From Akkermansia sp. (GTDB lineage: Bacteria > Verrucomicrobiota > Verrucomicrobiia > Verrucomicrobiales > Akkermansiaceae): a stretch of 64,000 bases of DNA. Positions 9,662 to 18,522 of the stretch are shown here, one piece after another (within the stretch, counting starts at the first letter, position 1; the number at the start of each line of letters is the position of its first letter). The stretch spans positions 583 through 64,582 of the forward strand of contig JAFQDN010000020.1 of NCBI GenBank assembly GCA_017415995.1. The letters run 5' to 3'. Below the pieces are notes generated by a model that ran no database searches, had not been told where the DNA came from, and saw nothing but the letters and a program-made list of their open reading frames with translations. The position numbers and the translations under genes are program-made.

Positions 9662-10405
9662 TTAAAGGCTGAAAGAGTAGGAACCTACGCCATCGGTGAT
9701 GATGTAGTCGCCATCATCCGTGTATTTGATGCAGCGGGGTACGTAATCGAGCCTATTCAATGCTTCGGAGATACATTTGGGTGCTCCTACAAAGAACACA
9801 CCGCGTTGGGCGCAAAGAATACAGGATGTGTTAGTCATGGAGGCACTGAGGATGAGGCCGTATTCGTTGTTGGTTTGGGTGATAATCTTGCCGAAGGCGT
9901 CACCCAAATTGTGGTAAATTGTTTTCTCCGTGACAATAATGTACTCGTCTCGATCGTTGAAGCAAGCGGACAGAACTTCTTCGGAGGCACTATGCAGTTG
10001 CTTGAGTTTGTCGGAGAAATCGGTAGGCGCTCCCATGCAGCTATAGCCGTTAGTGCCGAAAATGGCAACGAATGAGCCTCTTTCCGTAATGTGAACGTCG
10101 GTAATAGACTGGTTCAACTTGTCATTCTCTTCGATTGCCTCTTTGAGAGCTGTCGGCACTTTGGAGATGGCCCAGTTGTTGCGTCCGCTGACAACAACGC
10201 CTGCACCGTAGTCTGTTAGTGCAGCAATACGAACTTCGCCGCGTTCTTTGATGACACCCTTGATGTAGCTGTGCGGGGATGTGGTGCTTGCCGGTATATC
10301 GTTGAAGTTGCCGGTCCATGGGCAGCCTGCATCGGCAATTCCGCCCAAGGAAAGTGTGGCCAACAGGCCTAATGTGAGAGTTTTGATTGGTTTGGTGATA
10401 TTCAT
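9662..10405 (-). CDS. Exported hypothetical protein with three internal repeats
   Basis: Signal peptide MNITKPIKTLTLGLLATLSLGGIADA. A motif of the form G(A/V)P..(L/I)...L..L recurs three times (ISKVPTALKEAIEE, MGAPTDFSDKLKQL, VGAPKCISEALNRL). No family recognised. Confidence 0.55.
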   Translation of the reverse strand: MNITKPIKTLTLGLLATLSLGGIADAGCPWTGNFNDIPASTTSPHSYIKGVIKERGEVRIAALTDYGAGVVVSGRNNWAISKVPTALKEAIEENDKLNQSITDVHITERGSFVAIFGTNGYSCMGAPTDFSDKLKQLHSASEEVLSACFNDRDEYIIVTEKTIYHNLGDAFGKIITQTNNEYGLILSASMTNTSCILCAQRGVFFVGAPKCISEALNRLDYVPRCIKYTDDGDYIITDGVGSYSFSL

Positions 10406-10525
10406 GGTTGTGTTTGCTGTGTTTGAGAGAGAATTCCGGCTTTCATCGTACGGTATGTGTTACCGCTGATAAAACGTTGATACTATGTTATGAAATTCTA
10501 CAGAGATGTCAAGCCTGCAATGAGT

Positions 10526-11677
10526 TTAAATGACAATAAATCGACCGCCCGGTTGAGCTGCAATGAGGCGCATGACTTGCAGGCGCATGAGTTGGGGCGT
10601 GAGTTCTTGCGCCGACATACCGAGTGCAGGGCAGAGGGTATCCAGCGTATGATGACCGGCGCGGATGGCTGCCAGAATGGCCTGCGCAGCCTCCGGGGCA
10701 TTGGGGATGCAGTATGAAAGCCGCTCCTGTTGTTCCGGTGCTGCCTCGGGGGTGTTGAAAAGTTCCATTTGTTGCGGGGCTGAGTTCCAGCCCATATCTG
10801 ACAGTAAATCCGCAGCTGAGGTGCAAAGGATAGCACCGTCGCGGATGAGCCCGTGGCAGCCTACCGCTGTAGGGCGGTCTATCATGCCGGGTACGGCAAA
10901 CAGGGTGTTCCCGTAGTCATCTCCGGATATTTTTGCTGTGTGCAGGGCTCCGCTGCGTGCCGGTGCTTCCACTACAAGTGTGGCTTTGCTCCACGCTGCT
11001 ACGATGCGGTTGCGCTGCGGAAAACTGGAGCGGCTGGGGCGCATATTCATGGGAAACTCGCTCACTACTGCACCGTGCCCATTGATGATGTTGCGCACCA
11101 GTTCCTCATTCTCTGACGGGAAAATATGAGCCAGTCCGTTGCCCAATACGGCAATGGTGCGTCCCCCTGCATCTAGGGAACCCCAGTGGGCGGCGGTATC
11201 TATGCCTTTTGCCAAGCCGGAGATAATGGTGCAGCCGGCATCTGCCAGCTCGCGCCCGAAGCGCCTGGCGGTGTTCATGCCGTACGGGGTGGCTGCTCGT
11301 GAGCCGATGACCGATACCGCGTGCTCGGCATCATCTTCTTTCCATTCGCCGAGCACGTAGAGTACGATGGGCGGATCACTCATGCGGCGCAGCGCTTTCG
11401 GGTAGTCTTCATCTGTCAGGGTGACGATGCGTACCCCGTAGTGCTGTGCGCAATCCATTTCTGCATGCACGTTGGTGCAATCTTGCCAGTTGGCTATGGC
11501 GTAGGCCATTTTTGTACCGATGCGGTGCACTCGCTCCAGCATGTTGGTCGGGGCGGATAGTACGAGCTCGGCTGAGCCGAATACATCCAGCAAGGCCTGT
11601 ATGCGTATGGAGCCCAACCCCGGAATGAGGTTGAGGGTGATGAGGGCTTCTCTCGGGCTGAGGTTGAGTGCGCGCAC
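10526..11677 (-). CDS. dprA: DNA-processing protein DprA (Smf)
   Basis: Rossmann-like core GLAKGIDTAAHWGSL...TIAVLGNGL...PSENE plus a C-terminal wHTH-like tail. Confidence 0.9.
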   Translation of the reverse strand: MRALNLSPREALITLNLIPGLGSIRIQALLDVFGSAELVLSAPTNMLERVHRIGTKMAYAIANWQDCTNVHAEMDCAQHYGVRIVTLTDEDYPKALRRMSDPPIVLYVLGEWKEDDAEHAVSVIGSRAATPYGMNTARRFGRELADAGCTIISGLAKGIDTAAHWGSLDAGGRTIAVLGNGLAHIFPSENEELVRNIINGHGAVVSEFPMNMRPSRSSFPQRNRIVAAWSKATLVVEAPARSGALHTAKISGDDYGNTLFAVPGMIDRPTAVGCHGLIRDGAILCTSAADLLSDMGWNSAPQQMELFNTPEAAPEQQERLSYCIPNAPEAAQAILAAIRAGHHTLDTLCPALGMSAQELTPQLMRLQVMRLIAAQPGGRFIVI

Positions 11678-11735
11678 GGTACCATTGCCATTCCGAGAAT
11701 GGCTGTTATGAGTTGTTGCGGGGAAGGTGCGTCGG

Positions 11736-12575
11736 TCAGCGCTCTACGGTAAAGTCCAGCCCTAAGTCCATGGACGGCACGGAGTGTGTCAGGCAGCCGA
11801 AGCTTATGAAGTCCACCCCGGTTTCCGCTGCGGCGGGTGCTGTGGCTAAGGTGAGGCCACCGCTGGCTTCAAAGTAGGGTTTGGGAGAGTCCCCACGCAT
11901 TTCCACCGCTTTGCGCATATCCTCGCAGCTCATGTTATCCAGCAGTATGTAGTCCACTCCCTTGAGCTGCAGGAATGCCTCCACTTGGGTCAGGTTGTCT
12001 GCTTCCAATTCTACTTCCACGCCGGGTTTGTCGCTCTTGAGCTTGTTGATGCACTCTTGCAGGTGTTGTGTGTTGCCGTCTGTCATCAGGTGGTTGTCTT
12101 TCACCATGGCGCGGTCGTAGAGTCCGAGGCGGTGGTTGTTTCCGCCACCGTGTACAACGGCTGCTTTTTCCAGCAAGCGGTAGCCGGGGGTTGTTTTGCG
12201 GGTGTCCAGCAACTTGCACCCCGTGTGCGAGATGGCTTTCACGTACTTGTTGGTCATGGTTGCTACGCCGGAGAGCCTTTGGATGAAATTCAGGGCTGTT
12301 CTTTCCGCTCCCAGTATGGAGCGGGCAGAGCCCTCTATCATCATGACGATGGCATCCGGTGATACCTCCTCTCCATCGTGCAGGTATACCTCCACGCGCA
12401 GTGTCGGATCCACTGCTTTGAATACGGACTCTGCCACTTTTACGCCGGAAAGCACGCCACGTGTGCGCGGCCTCATCAGTGCCCGAGCCTGTAATCCCTC
12501 CGGTACAAAGTAGGTGGAGGTTACATCTCCGTCCCCGAAGTCTTCCTCAAGCGCCAACTTAATGAGCGCGTCCAT
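11736..12575 (-). CDS. nadC: Nicotinate-nucleotide pyrophosphorylase (carboxylating)
   Basis: MDALIKLALEEDFGDGDVTS..., LLDTRKTTPG, VKDNH and LDNM motifs. Start chosen at Met-40 of the ORF; 12602 is an alternative. Confidence 0.85.
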   Translation of the reverse strand: MDALIKLALEEDFGDGDVTSTYFVPEGLQARALMRPRTRGVLSGVKVAESVFKAVDPTLRVEVYLHDGEEVSPDAIVMMIEGSARSILGAERTALNFIQRLSGVATMTNKYVKAISHTGCKLLDTRKTTPGYRLLEKAAVVHGGGNNHRLGLYDRAMVKDNHLMTDGNTQHLQECINKLKSDKPGVEVELEADNLTQVEAFLQLKGVDYILLDNMSCEDMRKAVEMRGDSPKPYFEASGGLTLATAPAAAETGVDFISFGCLTHSVPSMDLGLDFTVER

Positions 12576-12732
12576 GTTATCTGAAACTTTTGTGCTGCAC
12601 ATGCCTATACTATAGGCAAGCCCCGCCTCCTTGTAAAGCTTAAAATCAACATTCTTACGGCTTGTCCTTATTATAAGGCAACGGAGTACCACACACCGGT
12701 GGCCTCCGTTGTAAAAAGATATTGTCTGCGGC

Positions 12733-13632
12733 TCAGAACCGGAAGTCGAGCCCGGCGGAAATGAAGAGTCCGGGTTTGTAGTGGTGTGTTTCGTACTCGT
12801 GTTTACCGGCAGAGCGTTCTTGGAATTGGGCGGTTGTTGCTACGGTGGAGCCGACGGCAAAGGTTATAATGCGTTTTGTTTGGCCTGGTTCTGCAAAATT
12901 GTATTCACCGCCAATGCCCAGTACCAAGGAACGGACTCGGAATTGGCGGTCGCCGCGCGGTGTTTCTACGGACCAAGTGCCACCGTGCCCGGCCATGAAC
13001 GGACCCACGCAGAAGGTGTCGGAAACTTGGTAGAGGGCGTCTAGTCTGTAACCTTTCATGCGGATGAGCCAATCATCGCTCGGGCGCCACTCGAACCCGA
13101 ATACCGGAATGATTCCGTAGTCCGAGAAACGCGGGGCAACGGCTACACCCAAGGTGTAGGTAAAGCTCTCATTGTGCTTGACGGTGTAAAGTCCGTAAGC
13201 CGTGAGTTCCAAACCGTGGTCGATGGCTCCGCTGTCGGAAGCTATTTCCGGGGCCATTCCCATGGTGAGGCGGTTACCGGTGGGCATTTTTCTGACGATT
13301 GTGACGGGTACGGAAACGGATACGAGTTCATCATGCTCGAGGTCCAAGATGCCTCCGGTGTTGATGTCTGTCAGTTTGGCATCGAATTGCACATTGAGCA
13401 TGTAGTCATCCCAGCCGCTTTTTCTGGGATCGGAAAGGGGAACGGTGAGGGAGTATGTTTGCATGCTGAGGTCGGAGCCACCATGGCGTTCGCCCATGCG
13501 GGTGACGGCCGTAATCTCTGCATAGCTGGGCAGCAGCCCGCTGTCCGGTAAATCGTAGTGAAAGGGAACAGATTCTGCCCCCATGGCAGTAGTTGCGAGG
13601 CTCAGTGCGAGGATGCTCAGCGTTTTCTTCAT
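12733..13632 (-). CDS. Outer-membrane beta-barrel protein (unassigned family)
   Basis: Signal peptide MKKTLSILALSLATTAMGA, alternating amphipathic strands and a C-terminal ...GLDFRF aromatic terminus. Confidence 0.6.
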   Translation of the reverse strand: MKKTLSILALSLATTAMGAESVPFHYDLPDSGLLPSYAEITAVTRMGERHGGSDLSMQTYSLTVPLSDPRKSGWDDYMLNVQFDAKLTDINTGGILDLEHDELVSVSVPVTIVRKMPTGNRLTMGMAPEIASDSGAIDHGLELTAYGLYTVKHNESFTYTLGVAVAPRFSDYGIIPVFGFEWRPSDDWLIRMKGYRLDALYQVSDTFCVGPFMAGHGGTWSVETPRGDRQFRVRSLVLGIGGEYNFAEPGQTKRIITFAVGSTVATTAQFQERSAGKHEYETHHYKPGLFISAGLDFRF

Positions 13633-13689
13633 AACAAACTCAGTTTAGCACGTGCTGCGTTTTTTTGCAAGTGTTATGTTCTATTGCTC

Positions 13690-13724
13690 AAAAAAAGAGG
13701 GCAGGAGCCGTAGCTCCCGCCCTC
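13690..13724 (-). terminator. Intrinsic terminator after the porin gene
   Basis: On the minus strand there is a 12-bp GAGGGCGGGAGC/GCTCCTGCCCTC stem (one mismatch) followed by a U7 tract. Confidence 0.7.
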
Positions 13725-13764
13725 CCGGGGTTCTACATACACATTTACAGCACAAAGGGGTAAA

Positions 13765-14973
13765 TCAGAACGAGAAGACGGCCTGCACGCCTGCAACCAC
13801 GGCATCAGACTCGCTGCTGTAGGCCGGGTTGTTGATGTATTGTACGTGGGGAACAAGCTTCATGTAATCATTGACTTGGAAGCTGTACATGGCCTCCATC
13901 ACGTATTCTCGGTTGTTGTTGGTGGGCTCATCTGTATGATTGGTGCCCTTGAATACTCCGAAGGCAAGGCCTAAGAAGTCGTCCTCGCGTCCGGGAATGC
14001 CTTGAATGGTGGCACCGCAGGAGAAATCGAAAGCTGCGCCGAGGTCTTGCTTGGCGCCGAATCCGCTGCGGGCAAATACCGTCACTTCATCACAAAGGGC
14101 GTACTCGATGCTGGCTGCCATGCCGGCGTTACGGCGATTTTTATCATCAAACTCCACTTGGCGGAAGAAGGGGTTAATGCGTACGATTGCATCACCATCT
14201 GCAAAGGTGTAGCCGTATTCACCCACGACCATGTATGAGGAGCCGCTGTTGAAGGGATTGTAGCCGTATGAGGTGGTTTCTCGGCTGAATCCGATCATGG
14301 CATAGCTGTTCTCATTGATTTCGTACTGTAGGATGGCACCTAAGTTGGCATCCGGCAGTGCCAATACGGTGGAGTTGACGAACCCGCCGTTCGTAAAGTT
14401 GTGGAAGGAGTCATTTGCAGGCCCCACGGCATCAAAGTAGTTGGTCATGTTTACCATACCGGCGATGATACAGAAGCGCTTGCCGTTGAAGTAGTGCATG
14501 AGTGCCAGCTCCGGAATGACGGCATCATGCGGCCCGTATATGTCGGCATGCATGCCGGTGAACTCGCCAACGCCATCCACAAACTGTTTGTCGGATGCTG
14601 CGGAGCGCCTGTCCAGGCCCCATGAACCGGAAAGCTCGAAGCGCAACCAAGTGCCGCCGTTAACCGTGTCTTCGATAAGGCGCTGGTTAATCTGAGCGTG
14701 CAACAGTGTGTAGTTGCTGTGGTTGGTGGTGGCGGGGTCTGCTCCGTTGGTGTGCCAGTACCCGTAGGCCACGTCCACTGCCCACTGGGTGCCGAACTTG
14801 TTGTTCATGTGGGAGTGTGCTTTATGGAGGCTGTTGGCGGTTTCTCCGCTTTCCGGAGTAAACATGTTGATGCCTTCCAGTATGGCTCCTTGAGAGGAGC
14901 TTTCCGTTGCGAGCGCAGTGGTGACCATTAGGCCTGCTGCGGCAATTGCGAGTATGTTTGTGTGTTTCATCAT
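13765..14973 (-). CDS. Outer-membrane porin (OprB / carbohydrate-selective-porin-like beta-barrel)
   Basis: Signal peptide, about 400 aa of Gly/aromatic-rich strands and a terminal ...AVFSF. The family assignment is tentative. Confidence 0.55.
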   Translation of the reverse strand: MMKHTNILAIAAAGLMVTTALATESSSQGAILEGINMFTPESGETANSLHKAHSHMNNKFGTQWAVDVAYGYWHTNGADPATTNHSNYTLLHAQINQRLIEDTVNGGTWLRFELSGSWGLDRRSAASDKQFVDGVGEFTGMHADIYGPHDAVIPELALMHYFNGKRFCIIAGMVNMTNYFDAVGPANDSFHNFTNGGFVNSTVLALPDANLGAILQYEINENSYAMIGFSRETTSYGYNPFNSGSSYMVVGEYGYTFADGDAIVRINPFFRQVEFDDKNRRNAGMAASIEYALCDEVTVFARSGFGAKQDLGAAFDFSCGATIQGIPGREDDFLGLAFGVFKGTNHTDEPTNNNREYVMEAMYSFQVNDYMKLVPHVQYINNPAYSSESDAVVAGVQAVFSF

Positions 14974-15034
14974 AATAAATTGTTGTTAAGAAATGCTAAC
15001 TTTCTGAGAAGGTGCGATCGGAGCTCTTCATGAG

Positions 15035-15193
15035 TTATTCCTTATCACCATGGTTTTTATGGCATCCGGAGCAGTTGCATCCGCAGCCTCCCCCACAACA
15101 GGAGTTACCCTTACCTGCTTTTTTGCGGAGGCAGGAGCGGAGTGCTAACAGAGCACATACAATCAGAATCGTGATGATGATGACGTCTGCCAT
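15035..15193 (-). CDS. FeoB-associated Cys-rich small membrane protein (52 aa)
   Basis: Not in the ORF track (<60 aa). Minus-strand translation is MADVIIITILIVCALLALRSCLRKKAGKGNSCCGGGCGCNCSGCHKNHGDKE. It has one TM helix and a Cys-rich tail, and lies immediately downstream of feoB. Confidence 0.7.
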   Translation of the reverse strand: MADVIIITILIVCALLALRSCLRKKAGKGNSCCGGGCGCNCSGCHKNHGDKE

Positions 15194-15228
15194 AACTACC
15201 TATTGTGAGGGGGTGGGGGATTACTGAA

Positions 15229-18015
15229 TCAGTGAGAGCCGTTCTTGGGAGCGTTCGGATTAGGACGGAACACTTGGAATAAGATGACTGCCAAGAGCAG
15301 GCAAGCTACAAGTTGTCCGCTGCCGAATGTACCGGTTGTACACAGGAGTCCGATTTGGTATGTGCAGAAGGCAACAATATAAGCCCAGATGCACATAAAC
15401 CCAATGGCAAGCAGTGTCCAGCGTGAGCTGTTCATCTCGCGGCGTATGGCTCCGCATGCTGCAAAGCAGGGGGCACACAGGATGTTGAACAGCAGGAAGG
15501 AAATGGCGCTGAGTGTTGTGAATGCTCCGGCTGCTCCCACGTTGGCAGCTACGCCGGTTGTTTCCTCGTCTTCTTCCGGCGCCGGGAAGAGCCAAGCTAC
15601 AGCGGAGTTGATGTAGCCCAGGAAGCTATTGTCAGCATTTTCAACGGTTTCTTCAGCGGTTTCCTCATTATCCTCATTTTTCGGCTCGGCGGGCAGTGTC
15701 TCACGCGCTGCTGCATCCGTGCTCCAGAGTGCCATGGTGAGCGCAGAAAGGGCGTTGGCTTTAGCGTAGTCATGGGTGCGCGGAAGGGCGTCTTCCTCCG
15801 GCGCGGCTGCTTCTTCCGGAGCTGCGTCCTCAGAGGCTTCTTCTTCAATTGCCGGGTAAAGCTGACCAAGCGTTGCGACGACTGTTTCCTTGGCGATGAG
15901 GCCTGTTACGGTTGCAACCGTGGGTTTCCAATCGCCCCAGCCGAGGGGCGCAAAGAGCGGAGCCACTGCATTACCGGTATCAGCAAGCATGCCGTGGTTG
16001 ATGGGTTCACCCTCCAACCCTTCTTGTTCCGGCAGGTAGGTGAAGCTCCAGTTATAGTTAGTGAGTACCCAAATGAGGGCCGAGGCGAGGAAGATAACGG
16101 TGCCGGCTTTTTTCACGAAAGCCTTGCAACGCTCCATAGCGCGGAGGTTGATGCTGGTGCCTCGCGGGGTGTGGTATTCCGGAAGCTCCATGACGAAGGG
16201 GGTGTAGCTTCCGGCAAACATGTGTGTTTTGCGCAGAATAAGCCCACCGAGAATAACGGAGCCAAGCCCGGCGAAGTATGCCAATGTGGCAACGGAGGCT
16301 GTTTGGCCTATCATGGCTCCGATAAGGGCCAGAATGGGAAGCTTGGCTCCACAGGGCACGAACGTGGTGAGCATGACCGTCATGCGGCGGTCTTTCTCGT
16401 TCTCGATGGTGCGGGTTGCCATTACTCCGGGAACTCCGCACCCCATGGAGACCAGCAGGGGAATGACGGATTTACCGGAGAGTCCGATGGCCCGGAAGAT
16501 GCGATCCATCATGAAAGCTACGCGTGCCATGTATCCGCAGTCCTCCAGTAGTGCCATCAGGAAGAACAGTACGGCCATTTGCGGGAGGAATCCCAGCACG
16601 GCGCCTACGCCTGCCACAATGCCATCCGCTATGATGCTTTGCAGCTGCGGACTACACTCCAAGGTAAGGCGCCCGAGCATGGCTATGCCGAATGCCGCAG
16701 CGCTCATGATGAGGAACCAAATGATGAAGTCCGCTCTGCTGCCGCGTCCGGTCATTTTCATGGGGTTTTTGTGAAAGCAAACGGAGTGTGAACCATAGTT
16801 GTTGGGTGTTTTTTTCCCGGGCAGAACCAAGCAGGCCAACAGCAACAGCGCATTGGCTGCTGACAGTATCCATATAAGCCCGGTATGTACGTATCCCGGT
16901 AAATGGGGGCATACGTATTCCAGCAGAAACGGTGCTACCATGACGTAGAGCCACGCTCCGTTCATGCCCAAGTCATGCAAGCGGCGCAGCATGCTCGGGA
17001 ATACCAGTATCATGGCCAGTATGGCGCTGAACATGGTGAGTGCCTCGATTCCCGCTGCCTCGCTCCCGATGAAGCCTCCCAGCCATCCGCCAACAATCGG
17101 ACCGAACAGTACGTCGTTTGCCCAGCCTGTTCCCCAGTCGCCTACGGTATTGATGGCCAAGTAATAAATGGCGTACATGATTGCCACGAAAATAAGCGGC
17201 CCGGCTATGCGGTGGGTGAGTACGTTGTCCACCTTGGCGGAAATGGTTTCCCTTACTTTCTTCGCTTCCATGATTTGCGGAATAATGGAGCAAATGGCAT
17301 CATACCTTCCACCGGCAATGATGGAGGCTATATCATCCTGTTGCTCACTCTCAATACGCAGGCGTTTCTCTTCAATGCTGTGGCATTCCTGCTTGCTGCG
17401 CTTGCAAAGCACGGTTTCATCACCCTCCAGCATCTTGACGGCTTCAAAACGGGTAACTCCCATGCCGCTCTGTATGTCCTCCACAGCTTCTTCCACTGCG
17501 GGTATGTATTGCAGCGGGGTTGGGGTGGCGAGCGTGTCTGTCAATATAAGCTTGAGCAGGTCGCTGATGCCGGTGTGGTTCAGTGCGCTGATTTTTACCA
17601 CCGGGCAACCTAACTTTTTGCTCAATTCCTCGGAATTGATGGTGTTCCCCTCTGCCTCTGCCAGGTCTATCATGTTCAGCGCTACGATGACGGGCAGGCC
17701 GGTCTCCAGCAGTTGCGAGGTCAGGTACAGATTGCGCTCCGGATTCGTGGCGTCTACCACGTTGATGACGGCATCCGGCTTCTCTTCCAGCAAAAACTTG
17801 CGCGAGACTACCTCCTCCGGCGAGTAGGGCGATAAGGAATAGATGCCGGGCAGGTCTTGCAGCTCGATTTCTTCATGCTCCGTTAATCGTCCGCCTTTGC
17901 GATCCACCGTTACTCCCGGCCAGTTGCCGACGTACTGATTGGCTCCGGTCAATTCGTTGAACAGCGTTGTCTTGCCGCTGTTCGGATTGCCTGCCAGTGC
18001 TATTATCTTTTTCAT
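15229..18015 (-). CDS. feoB: Ferrous iron transporter FeoB (928 aa, with two insertions)
   Basis: G-domain GNPNSGKTTLFN...DLPG...NMID, gate motifs LEDCGYMARVAFMMDRIF and CAPCFAACGAI. See the findings for the two insertions. Confidence 0.95.
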   Translation of the reverse strand: MKKIIALAGNPNSGKTTLFNELTGANQYVGNWPGVTVDRKGGRLTEHEEIELQDLPGIYSLSPYSPEEVVSRKFLLEEKPDAVINVVDATNPERNLYLTSQLLETGLPVIVALNMIDLAEAEGNTINSEELSKKLGCPVVKISALNHTGISDLLKLILTDTLATPTPLQYIPAVEEAVEDIQSGMGVTRFEAVKMLEGDETVLCKRSKQECHSIEEKRLRIESEQQDDIASIIAGGRYDAICSIIPQIMEAKKVRETISAKVDNVLTHRIAGPLIFVAIMYAIYYLAINTVGDWGTGWANDVLFGPIVGGWLGGFIGSEAAGIEALTMFSAILAMILVFPSMLRRLHDLGMNGAWLYVMVAPFLLEYVCPHLPGYVHTGLIWILSAANALLLLACLVLPGKKTPNNYGSHSVCFHKNPMKMTGRGSRADFIIWFLIMSAAAFGIAMLGRLTLECSPQLQSIIADGIVAGVGAVLGFLPQMAVLFFLMALLEDCGYMARVAFMMDRIFRAIGLSGKSVIPLLVSMGCGVPGVMATRTIENEKDRRMTVMLTTFVPCGAKLPILALIGAMIGQTASVATLAYFAGLGSVILGGLILRKTHMFAGSYTPFVMELPEYHTPRGTSINLRAMERCKAFVKKAGTVIFLASALIWVLTNYNWSFTYLPEQEGLEGEPINHGMLADTGNAVAPLFAPLGWGDWKPTVATVTGLIAKETVVATLGQLYPAIEEEASEDAAPEEAAAPEEDALPRTHDYAKANALSALTMALWSTDAAARETLPAEPKNEDNEETAEETVENADNSFLGYINSAVAWLFPAPEEDEETTGVAANVGAAGAFTTLSAISFLLFNILCAPCFAACGAIRREMNSSRWTLLAIGFMCIWAYIVAFCTYQIGLLCTTGTFGSGQLVACLLLAVILFQVFRPNPNAPKNGSH

Positions 18016-18043
18016 GTTTGGAGAGACTAACTTTTTCGCACGT

Positions 18044-18283
18044 TTATTCTACTACTATACAGGATGCTTCCCTCTTGCGCAGGGTCAGCTCGTATCCTCG
18101 CACGGTAAGCTCAAGCGGATCCCCGAATGGCGCCACCTTTCTTACCACTACCTCGGCTCCCTTTGTGAGCCCCATGTCCAAAATCCTCTGTCGTAAAGCG
18201 CCTTCTCCGGCTACTTTTATGACGCGTACCCTTTCTCCGGCTTTTGCCATGCGCAGGGTTTTTGCTGCTGTGTAACTACTCAT
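18044..18283 (-). CDS. feoA: FeoA (SH3-like ferrous iron transport protein A)
   Basis: 79 aa with L..A..GE.V.V..V....LR.RL.DMGL..G..V.VV...P.GDP....V.G, the canonical FeoA pattern. Confidence 0.9.
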   Translation of the reverse strand: MSSYTAAKTLRMAKAGERVRVIKVAGEGALRQRILDMGLTKGAEVVVRKVAPFGDPLELTVRGYELTLRKREASCIVVE

Positions 18284-18312
18284 TGTTAGGTGAAACTAAT
18301 TTTCTGACGCGG

Positions 18313-18341
18313 ATTTTAGTCTAACCTAACATTGAAGTCAA
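18313..18341 (-). promoter_or_regulatory. Putative sigma-70 promoter of the feoAB operon
   Basis: Minus strand TTGACT (18341-18336), a 17-nt spacer, then TAAAAT (18318-13). Long A/T tracts at 18355-18392 are UP-element-like. Confidence 0.55.
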
Positions 18342-18522
18342 GCTTATTTATCGATTTTTTTAAATTTTTTTTAATTTTTTTTTAGAATACGCATTGTCTC
18401 AATAAAATTGGATGATGGAAATTACAAAATGAATGGGCGACAGAGAACTTTTGATGCAGACAACGAAAAAGCTGGCAATTGCCGAGTGGTGCTTGTATAT
18501 TGTTTGCCGTTAGGCGGGAATC

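Noticed and set aside
15012-15227. 71-aa plus-strand ORF from the track between porin and feoB
   Set aside because: The opposite strand encodes a 52-aa TM + Cys-rich peptide of the type commonly found right after feoB, in the same orientation as the operon.
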